A stretch of 30,759 bases of DNA from Verrucomicrobia bacterium UBA3869. Its GTDB lineage: Bacteria; Verrucomicrobiota; Verrucomicrobiia; Opitutales; UBA9783. The notes under the pieces were generated by a model that made no database searches, was not told where the DNA came from, and worked only from the letters and a program-made list of their open reading frames with translations. Positions 8,760 through 16,687 of the stretch are shown one piece after another. Every line of letters starts with the position of its first letter. Position 1 is the stretch's first letter. The stretch lies in contig DGGR01000007.1 of assembly GCA_002392285.1 (NCBI GenBank), positions 1 through 30,759 of the forward strand. Reading direction: 5' to 3'. Both the position numbers and the translations under genes were made by a program.

Positions 8760-9822
8760 GACGCGCCTTTTTTTCGGAGACCCAATGAATGTTTTTCGAG
8801 CAATACGACTTAAGCAATTGAGCGCGTACCAGCGAAGCCTGTTCGGGGGTTAGTTGCTTTTGCGTAAATGCTTCCAGGTACTCATTTGACAACGAGCGCC
8901 ATAATAATTTCAATGCGGTTGGATGTTGATGCGACAAGAGGTTGGTATGAATCCCTAATACAACCACGGAAACCAACTCAGTTGCTTCATCATAGGACAA
9001 TTCGCAACAGTTTTGCAACAATCCCAATGCGCGTCCAACGCTATCCTTAACAAATACAGATCGCTTGGAAACCAATTCTTTGCGCGCTTGTAATTCATCC
9101 ATTACCATTTTGGCACACATAGACTCAATTTGCGTAATCAATTGGGATTCGCTGCATCCAAGCCCACTATCATTCGCCAAATAAAATAAATGACCGACCA
9201 CCTTGCTTTGCGTCATATCCATTGGAGTTAAACATAGGTTTATCTTCTTAAGCGTTTGAACCCAATCGGCCACTTGTTGTCTCAAGCATAATCCAGGCAA
9301 ATGAAGCAATGCCCATGCACTTAAACCGGTACCAGTTGCAAACGGCGCACTGTTCACATAACCAATTTGCGGATCAAAAGCGAAATCCAGATGGGTGTCT
9401 AAAGCCGATTCCAAGTTCATTAGTTGATCCGCACAATGCTTTAAGGTGCCATCAGGGCGTGTAATACGAAAACGTATGTGGTTGATATCATGAACAATAA
9501 TTTGAGTAAAATGCTTCTTATGATACCAAATGGTGGTTTCTTCGCATGGAACCTGTAGGCCACAAATTTTCTTTAACAACGCACGTTCATCGTGAGAGCA
9601 ATCCTTCCACGCCAGTTCAACCCAATCCTTAGAGAAGCCCGGAAGTTTATGAAAAGCAGCGCGCAGGGTATCCAAAATTTCAAGACGTTGCTGCAAATGG
9701 GTATGAGAGGTAAATGGATAACCCGCTAAATTTCTGTACAAACAAGCGCCTTTGCTCACACAAACCGTTTGTTTGCTAGAGCGTACTTGTTGCTGCCACA
9801 ATAAACGGATACCTTCTAACAT
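8749..9822 (-). CDS. mcsB: McsB-like protein (ATP:guanido phosphotransferase fold), catalytic residues apparently degenerate
   Basis: At 357 aa its length and motif order match protein arginine kinase McsB (RN..., ...NHIRFRI..., ...TGTGL...LLHLPGL...). It overlaps the clpC start by 11 nt. Several canonical Arg/Glu/Cys positions are substituted (see findings). Confidence 0.7.
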   Translation of the reverse strand: MLEGIRLLWQQQVRSSKQTVCVSKGACLYRNLAGYPFTSHTHLQQRLEILDTLRAAFHKLPGFSKDWVELAWKDCSHDERALLKKICGLQVPCEETTIWYHKKHFTQIIVHDINHIRFRITRPDGTLKHCADQLMNLESALDTHLDFAFDPQIGYVNSAPFATGTGLSAWALLHLPGLCLRQQVADWVQTLKKINLCLTPMDMTQSKVVGHLFYLANDSGLGCSESQLITQIESMCAKMVMDELQARKELVSKRSVFVKDSVGRALGLLQNCCELSYDEATELVSVVVLGIHTNLLSHQHPTALKLLWRSLSNEYLEAFTQKQLTPEQASLVRAQLLKSYCSKNIHWVSEKKARHAK

Positions 9823-9855
9823 GAATTTGAAATACGATCGTTCCCCAACTACTTA

Positions 9856-9910
9856 TCGTTACTTAATATAACGACCGTTTATTATAATTTATGTGGCCAA
9901 AATGCTTCAA
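9856..9910 (-). promoter_or_regulatory. candidate sigma70-type promoter plus inverted repeat upstream of mcsB-like/clpC
   Basis: On the minus strand: TTGAAG (9910-9905), an 18-nt spacer, then TATAAT (9886-9881). This is followed by the inverted repeat TCGTTA-N7-TAACGA (9856-9874) around the predicted transcript start. Pattern match only. Confidence 0.35.
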
Positions 9911-9917
9911 GCGATTT

Positions 9918-11201
9918 TTAATTTTCGCTCGAATTCCCTGAATCCGAAAGGGGCAAATAACCCTCCCTATTAGCATCCAAAAGCGGTTGTTTTATAGGGG
10001 CCTCAATAGGTTTCAATAAAGGCATTTCTTTGTTCTTTTTCGAACAAATCTGCAATTTTTTTGCAGGAGGTAATACCATACGCTCCAATGAACCAATGGC
10101 ATCGTTATATCCATGAAGTGCTTTTGAAAGCCCATCGCCTATGGTTTTCAAATGCTGCTGCCAGGTACAAATCCGGTCATACAACTCGCCGCCTAATTTC
10201 GCAATTGTTTGGATTTCGCGTATCATTTCGTTTTGCTTCCATCCATAATGAATAGCTTTTAACAGAGACAGTAAGGTAACGGGTGAGGCTAACATAATAT
10301 TTTTCGCGCAACTATAGTCCAACAGCTGCGGATCCCCTAAAATCGCGTCTCTTAAAATCCATTCTCCCGGCAGAAACAAAATGAGGCAATCGATACTTTT
10401 ATCAACATGCTTTTGGTAATCCTTGGCGCTCAATTGATCGATTAAGTCCTTTACGTGCTTAGCCATTTCTTTACGCGAAACCTCATCAGAGGTAGGTAGA
10501 TTTTCGGAGCCAAAGTTATCCCACTGAGGAGTTTTTGCATCAATTGCAACAGAACGTTGATCCGACAGATGCACAATAATATCAGGACGTAACGACTGAT
10601 TATCCCCTGTTACCGCCGCCTGACACTCGTAATGAATGCCTTTTTGGAGCCCCGAATACTCCAGCAACCGTTCAAGCTGCAATTCTCCCCATCGTCCCCG
10701 TTGACGACCATCACTAAACGCATGGCTGAGTTGCTGCGTTTCTTTGCTCAACTGCTCCAGTTGATTTTCGATCTTGCCGTTTGTGGTATTATGATGCTCG
10801 GCTATTTTTGTTAATTTTTCGGTAAATTCCTTTAAATCCTTAGCAATGGCTTTTTGTTGTTCTGTTAAGTCATTTTTTTGATGCTCATAACTTTTGTTCG
10901 CGGCATCCTGAAACGGTTTTATGCTGGCTTGAGCTGCTTCGGTAAATTTTTGCGTGTTTTCTTTGAATAACGAATCAGAAATGGACTTAAATTTTTCACT
11001 TAATCGCTCATCTAGGCCTTCGTATAACTTCTGACGCTCTTGCAATTGGGTTTTAACTGCCGTTAGTTCGTTCTTCAACTGCTCGTTTTCGTTCATTAAG
11101 TTATCACAGCGCTTGGCACGTTCTAAAGCATCGCGGTTGACTAATTTAATGATGAATCCACCGATAACTCCACCCAGCAAGAAACAAATTACCCCCATCA
11201 T
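9918..11201 (-). CDS. rmuC: DNA recombination protein RmuC
   Basis: N-terminal TM helix, a long coiled-coil, then the conserved RGRWGELQLERLLE...GL nuclease-like core; 427 aa. Confidence 0.85.
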   Translation of the reverse strand: MMGVICFLLGGVIGGFIIKLVNRDALERAKRCDNLMNENEQLKNELTAVKTQLQERQKLYEGLDERLSEKFKSISDSLFKENTQKFTEAAQASIKPFQDAANKSYEHQKNDLTEQQKAIAKDLKEFTEKLTKIAEHHNTTNGKIENQLEQLSKETQQLSHAFSDGRQRGRWGELQLERLLEYSGLQKGIHYECQAAVTGDNQSLRPDIIVHLSDQRSVAIDAKTPQWDNFGSENLPTSDEVSRKEMAKHVKDLIDQLSAKDYQKHVDKSIDCLILFLPGEWILRDAILGDPQLLDYSCAKNIMLASPVTLLSLLKAIHYGWKQNEMIREIQTIAKLGGELYDRICTWQQHLKTIGDGLSKALHGYNDAIGSLERMVLPPAKKLQICSKKNKEMPLLKPIEAPIKQPLLDANREGYLPLSDSGNSSEN

Positions 11202-12121
11202 GGCGTTTGCGTTAATAAACCTTCTATATAAGCGTTAAGCGAAAAGGGCTGTAAGTCTTCTGCTTGTTCGCCTAATCCGACGAAGTAAATGGGCACATGC
11301 AGGGCGTTAAAAATGCTTACCAATGCACCGCCTTTACTGGTACCGTCCAACTTTGTTACGATTAATCCGGTTAAAGGAACCGCTTCATTAAACACCTGAG
11401 CTTGCTGTAACGAATTGGTACCCAAAGACCCATCAATGACCAACCAACGATGTTGAGGGAACGCAGGATTGCACTTTTGCAGCACCCGCACCATCTTTTT
11501 GATTTCCTCTAACAAAGCACTTTTGTTATGCAAGCGTCCGGCAGTATCTAAAACAATCCGTTCGTATCCTCGATGCAATCCTGCTTGGCACGCATCGAAT
11601 GCAACTGCTGCTGCATCAGCTCCCTGTTGGCTTCCAATGCAATCCAACTGTAAACGATCTGCCCAGGATTTTAATTGTTGATTGGCGGCAGCACGAAAGG
11701 TATCGCACGACCCTAACAACACTTGTCGGTTTTGTTGCTTCCAATAATGCGCAATTTTAGCAGCAGTCGTGGTTTTCCCAGCTCCATTCACTCCTAACAA
11801 CATAACCACTTGCGGCAGGGAATTATCGGCCGTTGCGTTTGAAGCAAGCGACACATCCCCTTCCGCACCCTCCAACAATTCTAATAAGGCACGCTTAAGC
11901 GCGTCTGTTGGGGTAGCGTCAGACGATTTTAAGGATTTCAGGGAATGTATCAAGTGAGCAACGGTTGCGCTTCCAAAATCCGCTTTGTAAAGTGCTTCCT
12001 CCAATTTTGCCCAGTCAGCCGCAGAAAAGTTATTGCCTGAAAAAATACTTACCAGCCGCTGCGTAATCGCTTGGCGCGTTTCCGACAGCCCCGACTTAAA
12101 GCGCTTAAATAGGTTCAACAT
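11198..12121 (-). CDS. ftsY: signal recognition particle receptor FtsY (NG domain only)
   Basis: GVNGAGKTTTAAK, DTAGRLH and TKLDGTSKGG GTPase motifs; 307 aa. 4-nt overlap with rmuC. Confidence 0.95.
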   Translation of the reverse strand: MLNLFKRFKSGLSETRQAITQRLVSIFSGNNFSAADWAKLEEALYKADFGSATVAHLIHSLKSLKSSDATPTDALKRALLELLEGAEGDVSLASNATADNSLPQVVMLLGVNGAGKTTTAAKIAHYWKQQNRQVLLGSCDTFRAAANQQLKSWADRLQLDCIGSQQGADAAAVAFDACQAGLHRGYERIVLDTAGRLHNKSALLEEIKKMVRVLQKCNPAFPQHRWLVIDGSLGTNSLQQAQVFNEAVPLTGLIVTKLDGTSKGGALVSIFNALHVPIYFVGLGEQAEDLQPFSLNAYIEGLLTQTP

Positions 12122-12573
12122 ACGTTCTGGGGTATTTGTGATGCTTTGGCAATATGATCCAGAATTCCATTGATAAAACGTTTAGAGTCATCCGATGCAT
12201 ACGCTTTACTTAACTCAATTGCTTCGTTGATAACAACCGGCTTCGGAGCCTTTTGAGCAAATTGCATTTCGTAAATAGCAAGGCGTAAAATTGCTAAGTC
12301 GATTTTGCTAATACGCGAAAATTCCCAATGTTCTGCCTCTTGCGCTATCAGTTGATCAATCTGTTCGTAATGCGTCACTACACCACGTAAAGTTTCCAAC
12401 ACAAAGGTTCCCTTCAAAACCTCAGGCGCAATATCCACCTTTTCTTTGCAGTAACTGGCATACAGACTTTCAATGGCGATATCCTTTTGCACATCCCACA
12501 TATACAAACATTCCAAGATGCATTGACGCTGTTGATGACGGGTTGCGAATTTATGAGTGGGTTGAGAGGCCAT
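12115..12573 (-). CDS. nusB: transcription antitermination factor NusB
   Basis: 152 aa, with an overall NusB-like pattern (RQ.ILE.LY...; EFSRISKIDLAILRLAIYEM; INEAIELSK...INGILD). 7-nt overlap with ftsY. Confidence 0.85.
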   Translation of the reverse strand: MASQPTHKFATRHQQRQCILECLYMWDVQKDIAIESLYASYCKEKVDIAPEVLKGTFVLETLRGVVTHYEQIDQLIAQEAEHWEFSRISKIDLAILRLAIYEMQFAQKAPKPVVINEAIELSKAYASDDSKRFINGILDHIAKASQIPQNVC

Positions 12574-12619
12574 AAAAATCTATCAAAGGTCTCCTCATGT
12601 TAGTGCTTAATCCCCGTCG

Positions 12620-12686
12620 TTGTCAATTGTATTACGCAGGGAGTTGCAACATTGACAAGCGAAATGCCTACTGTTGTATTAGGCAT
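12620..12686. promoter_or_regulatory. divergent nusB/fabV control region with mirrored TTGACA boxes and a hairpin abutting the fabV ATG
   Basis: TTGTCAAT (12620-12627) and ATTGACAA (12651-12658) form an 8-bp inverted repeat, which gives a consensus TTGACA on each strand. A 7-bp stem, atgccta (12664-12670) with taggcat (12680-12686), ends 1 nt before the fabV start. Confidence 0.35.
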
Positions 12687-13880
12687 ATGATCATTGAACC
12701 AAAGGTACGTGGGTTTATCTGTATTACAGCGCACCCAACAGGATGTTCAGCGCATGTTCAACAGCAGGCTGATTTTGTACGTTCTCAACCAAAACTCATC
12801 AATGCTCCTAAACGGGTATTGATTATCGGTGCTTCTACCGGTTATGGGCTTGCAAGCCGTATTGTCAGTGTTGTAGGAGCGCACGCGAGTACCTTCGGTG
12901 TATTTTTCGAACGCCCAGCAGATGGCGACAGAACTGCTTCTGCCGGATGGTACAACACAGTAGCCTTGGAACAAATCGCCGACAAAGAAAACATCCCCTT
13001 TTACTCAATGAATGGCGATGCGTTTTCAGCCGAATTTAAACAAAAAGCACTGGAAGCCATCAAACGTACCTTAGGAACCGTTGATTGTGTTATTTATAGC
13101 CTTGCTGCACCGCGTAGAACGGACAAAGAGGGTAATACCTACAAGTCGGTTTTAAAGCCAATCGGAAAGCAATTTACGGGCAAAACGGTCAATACAGACA
13201 ATGGTAAAGTATATGATGTTAGTATCGATCCTGCAACAGAAGACGAATTAAAGGCTACTGTTAAAGTAATGGGGGGAGAAGATTGGTCCGACTGGATGCA
13301 TGCATTAGCGGATGCGCATTTATTGGCCCCTAAAGTTACCGCCTTAGCGTATTCCTATATTGGTCCTGAAGTAACGTGGCCGATATATAAATCCGGTACG
13401 ATTGGACAAGCCAAGGCACACCTGATGAAAACCGCGCAGGAGTTAAATGAATTTTTAGGTAAAGAGCTACAAGGGCGCGCATTGATTTCCGTTAATAAAG
13501 CAGTGGTTACTCAAGCAAGCTCAGCCATTCCAGTTGTTCCCTTATACAATTCTATTCTGTTCAAAATTATGAAATCAAAGAATCTGCATGAGGATTGCAT
13601 TCAGCAAATGTATCGCTTATTTGCAGGACTTTTTGATCAAAAACCATTGCAAGTAGATAATGCTACCTGCGTGCGTTTGGATGACTGGGAGTTGAATGAA
13701 GCAGTGCAGGCGGAAGTTCGTAATGTTTGGTCTCAAATTTCCACCGAAAACTTAAAAGATTTAAGCGATTTTGAGGGTTATCAAAAAAGTTTTCTGCAGC
13801 TGTTTGGTTTCGAATGCGATGGGGTAGATTATGGTAAAGATGTACCCATCAATTGTCTCATGAACCACCTAATGAGTTAA
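12687..13880 (+). CDS. fabV: trans-2-enoyl-CoA/enoyl-ACP reductase FabV
   Basis: Starting from the internal Met, the protein begins MIIEPKVRGFICITAHPTGC, the canonical FabV N-terminus, followed by the GASTGYGLA dinucleotide-binding motif. This gives 397 aa. The track start at 12597 would add 30 non-conserved residues. Confidence 0.9.
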   Translation: MIIEPKVRGFICITAHPTGCSAHVQQQADFVRSQPKLINAPKRVLIIGASTGYGLASRIVSVVGAHASTFGVFFERPADGDRTASAGWYNTVALEQIADKENIPFYSMNGDAFSAEFKQKALEAIKRTLGTVDCVIYSLAAPRRTDKEGNTYKSVLKPIGKQFTGKTVNTDNGKVYDVSIDPATEDELKATVKVMGGEDWSDWMHALADAHLLAPKVTALAYSYIGPEVTWPIYKSGTIGQAKAHLMKTAQELNEFLGKELQGRALISVNKAVVTQASSAIPVVPLYNSILFKIMKSKNLHEDCIQQMYRLFAGLFDQKPLQVDNATCVRLDDWELNEAVQAEVRNVWSQISTENLKDLSDFEGYQKSFLQLFGFECDGVDYGKDVPINCLMNHLMS

Positions 13881-14725
13881 TGACCACCGAAATCGATGTA
13901 TTAATCCAACAAGTGCTGTTAGCGCAACAAGCTCTTGGAGAAGAGGTTTCGCAGTTATCGCCTGATACCTTAAAGGAATTTTTGCGCAACGAACAGGCGT
14001 TGTTATCGAACGATAATACGATCAAACAGAGCTCGGTTAAGGCTACAAGCACCAAAGCTAAGGTAAAAGAAACACAATCGGTCGATAAAATCCAATTACC
14101 CGAAGGATCTAAAGAAGAGCAATGGCGTTGGTTAAAAGAGCAGGTTTTGTCCAATGCTGATTGCCTCAAGCATGTTTATCCAGGCAAACAATTGGTATTT
14201 GGCAGCGGAAATTTAGATGCCGACTTATTCTTTTGTGGCGAAGCGCCAGGGGCCGATGAAGAAGAGCAAGGGGAGGTGTTTGTCGGGCGTGCAGGGCAAT
14301 TACTGACCAAAATTATTGCAGCAATGGGGTTAAAACGCTCGGATGTCTACATTGGTAACATCATGAATTGGCGCCCTGAAACCCCAGGGCACGTAGGGAA
14401 CCGTCCACCGACGCGCGAAGAAATGCAGTTTTGTTTGCCCTATCTTATCAGCCAAGTGGATATTGTACGCCCAAAAGCGATTGTTGCGCTGGGATTGACC
14501 GCTGTTAATGGCCTGCTGGGGTACGATCCTGATCGCCACATGAGCGATTGCCGAGGACGTTGGTTCCAGTTTAATCAAATCCCCCTGATGATCACCTACC
14601 ATCCGTCGTATTTGCTCCGCAATGCAACTGCGCATTCCAAGCGTATGGTATGGGAAGATATGCTACAGGTAATGGAATTTTTAAAAATGCCTATATCAGA
14701 GCGGCAACGGCAGTATTTTTTATAA
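13880..14725 (+). CDS. family 4-type uracil-DNA glycosylase with a long N-terminal extension
   Basis: GEAPGADEE (motif A), VGRAGQLL and YHPSYLLR (motif B) lie in the C-terminal ~190 aa. The start is taken at the ATG overlapping the fabV stop (TAATG); the track start at 13853 is an alternative. Confidence 0.8.
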   Translation: MTTEIDVLIQQVLLAQQALGEEVSQLSPDTLKEFLRNEQALLSNDNTIKQSSVKATSTKAKVKETQSVDKIQLPEGSKEEQWRWLKEQVLSNADCLKHVYPGKQLVFGSGNLDADLFFCGEAPGADEEEQGEVFVGRAGQLLTKIIAAMGLKRSDVYIGNIMNWRPETPGHVGNRPPTREEMQFCLPYLISQVDIVRPKAIVALGLTAVNGLLGYDPDRHMSDCRGRWFQFNQIPLMITYHPSYLLRNATAHSKRMVWEDMLQVMEFLKMPISERQRQYFL

Positions 14726-14785
14726 CGTTCAGATAAACTTATTGGCTTTTGTCATTCATCGCATTACCATTAATCCAAATTATTT

Positions 14786-15448
14786 ATGAGCATGCTAGAT
14801 ACCTATTTAAAACAACTCGACCAAGATGATTCATTTTTTACACGTATCCCTAAAAAATTAATTTGGTTAAGCGGGGCTCCGGGAGCAGGTAAGGGGACAA
14901 ATACCCAATATATTATTGATAATGCCAATTTATACAAAGAACCTATTGTGGTAAGTTCGTTGTTAAAAACACCTGAAATGCGCGCAAAAATTGATCAAGG
15001 GCTTTTGCTGGACGATGAAGTAGTAACAAAAGCGCTATTTGCAGAATTACAAAACCCGATTTATCAACAAGGCGTGGTTGTTGATGGTTTCCCTCGCAAA
15101 GACGGACAATCGAAATGCGTCGAATGGTTATATCAAGGACTAAAAGCGCGCAATTTGAATCCCCAGTTTTCCATTATCACGTTAATGGTTTCTGAAGAAG
15201 AAAGCGTTCAACGTCAGTTGCACCGCGGCCAATTGGCTCAACAAGCTAAGGGTAATGAAGAAGTACGCGCAACCGATTTAGACCCTGAATTAGTCAGAAA
15301 TCGTTACAAAACCTTCATGAAAGAAACCTACGGTGCCTTACAATTATTAGAAGGGAAAATCCCCTTTGTAACGATTGACGCCAGTGGTACATTTGACGAA
15401 GTAAAGCAGCATGTTTTGGATGCGTTACACACTTTAAAGTTGATGTAA
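14786..15448 (+). CDS. adenylate kinase family nucleoside-monophosphate kinase (atypical)
   Basis: P-loop GAPGAGKGT, DGFPR, and short-LID arginines (RQLHRG, RATDLD, RNRY). The NMP-site TGDxLR motif is replaced by VSSLLK, and the P-loop is preceded by about 25 extra residues. Confidence 0.7.
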   Translation: MSMLDTYLKQLDQDDSFFTRIPKKLIWLSGAPGAGKGTNTQYIIDNANLYKEPIVVSSLLKTPEMRAKIDQGLLLDDEVVTKALFAELQNPIYQQGVVVDGFPRKDGQSKCVEWLYQGLKARNLNPQFSIITLMVSEEESVQRQLHRGQLAQQAKGNEEVRATDLDPELVRNRYKTFMKETYGALQLLEGKIPFVTIDASGTFDEVKQHVLDALHTLKLM

Positions 15449-15477
15449 TCCACAACCGCGTTTTAAACAATCAGGGT

Positions 15478-16677
15478 ATGCATTACGGGTGGATCGTCTT
15501 ATGTATCGTTACCCTGCTTGAGGGTTTAAGTGGATTCGGACGAACCATAGCTCTCAGCCCGTTATTGCAAGACCTCTGTAATGATTTATCCCTGTCGATG
15601 ACGCAAATCAGCAGTGGGTATGCCTTGTCCCACTTATGTGCTGTATTTGTGCTTCCCTTTATTGGTAAACTGTACGATAAAATCCAAACCTCAAGATTCT
15701 TGCTATTCTTTGTCTTGGTGTTTGGTAGTTCCTTTATCTTACTCAGTCAAATTGCCAACCTAGCTCTGTCGCCATTAGGCTCGGTGGGCATGATTTTGCT
15801 GGGATACATAGGTATTCGCTTGTCGGTACATTCGTATTCCATTGCCGGCAGGGCAACCATTGCCGTGTGGTTTTCGCATCAACGAGGAATCGCGGTCGGT
15901 TGTTACGCGCTATTTACCATGTTGATTGGCTCCATGGTCCCATCTATCATCTACGGACTGCGGCAACGTTATCATTGGTCTCATATATGGTTAGCCATAG
16001 GACTGTTGTGGTTTTTAATGGGAAGCATCTGCTTCTTGGTCAAATCACACAATCGCATGGTAGATAGCTCCAGTTGCACTTCAAGCGAACCAACCATAGG
16101 GACTTTAAGGCCGTTTTTGTTTATATTTGTTATGATTACGCTGTTCTTTAAGGCCTTTCAAAACAGCGGCATTATGTTGCACCTATTTCCCATGTGTACC
16201 GATTTTGGAGCGGATAAAAAACTCATCTCCTTATGCTTCATGCCCATCTACATAGTATCTAGCCTATGCACGTTTATATTTGGGCATATTTTTAAGCAAA
16301 ATAAGGCCAAGGGAGCGCTATTTCTCTTTATTTTTGCGGATTTAGGAATGCTGATTGCGCTTAAGGGGATTGCACATACCAGCGCCATAATCGCCTTTGT
16401 GCTATTTACCAGCATCTATTGGAGCATGAATAACATTGTGGCTACGCTGGTACTACCAATCTTATTTGGGGTTAAAAAAATTGGTGCGCTCCATGGATGG
16501 GCCTACGCTTTTGTAAGCTTGGGGAGCGCTGCCGGGTCCTTATATTTCGGGATCATGAAAGATTATGCTTCATATCAATTGAGCCTATCGCTCTGTGTTG
16601 CTTTCGCCGGTCTGCTCCTGTTAATCTTGCTGTGCATCAAGCCGACCTCTTTCGTTTCGGACGAAGAAGCTTTATAG
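15478..16677 (+). CDS. MFS transporter (paralogue 1)
   Basis: 399 aa with about 12 hydrophobic helices. The N-terminus LEGLSGFGRTIALSPLLQDLCNDLSLS...LPFIGKLYD mirrors the next gene. Confidence 0.75.
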   Translation: MHYGWIVLCIVTLLEGLSGFGRTIALSPLLQDLCNDLSLSMTQISSGYALSHLCAVFVLPFIGKLYDKIQTSRFLLFFVLVFGSSFILLSQIANLALSPLGSVGMILLGYIGIRLSVHSYSIAGRATIAVWFSHQRGIAVGCYALFTMLIGSMVPSIIYGLRQRYHWSHIWLAIGLLWFLMGSICFLVKSHNRMVDSSSCTSSEPTIGTLRPFLFIFVMITLFFKAFQNSGIMLHLFPMCTDFGADKKLISLCFMPIYIVSSLCTFIFGHIFKQNKAKGALFLFIFADLGMLIALKGIAHTSAIIAFVLFTSIYWSMNNIVATLVLPILFGVKKIGALHGWAYAFVSLGSAAGSLYFGIMKDYASYQLSLSLCVAFAGLLLLILLCIKPTSFVSDEEAL

Positions 16678-16687
16678 GGCATCGATT

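Noticed and set aside
9823-9917. CtsR box or CIRCE element, or a small mcsA ORF, upstream of mcsB-like
   Set aside because: There is no GGTCAAA-type direct repeat, no TTAGCACTC-N9-GAGTGCTAA palindrome, and no ORF in the 95-nt gap.
12597-12686. Upstream start for fabV giving a 427-aa protein
   Set aside because: The extra 30 residues (MLVLNPRRCQLYYAGSCNIDKRNAYCCIRH) are not FabV-like and would begin 24 nt from the nusB start. The canonical FabV N-terminus MIIEPKVRGF begins at 12687.
13853-13879. Track start for the UDG gene, overlapping fabV by 28 nt
   Set aside because: The ATG at 13880 forms a TAATG junction with the fabV stop, the pattern used elsewhere in this window. Either start remains possible, and the difference is nine residues.
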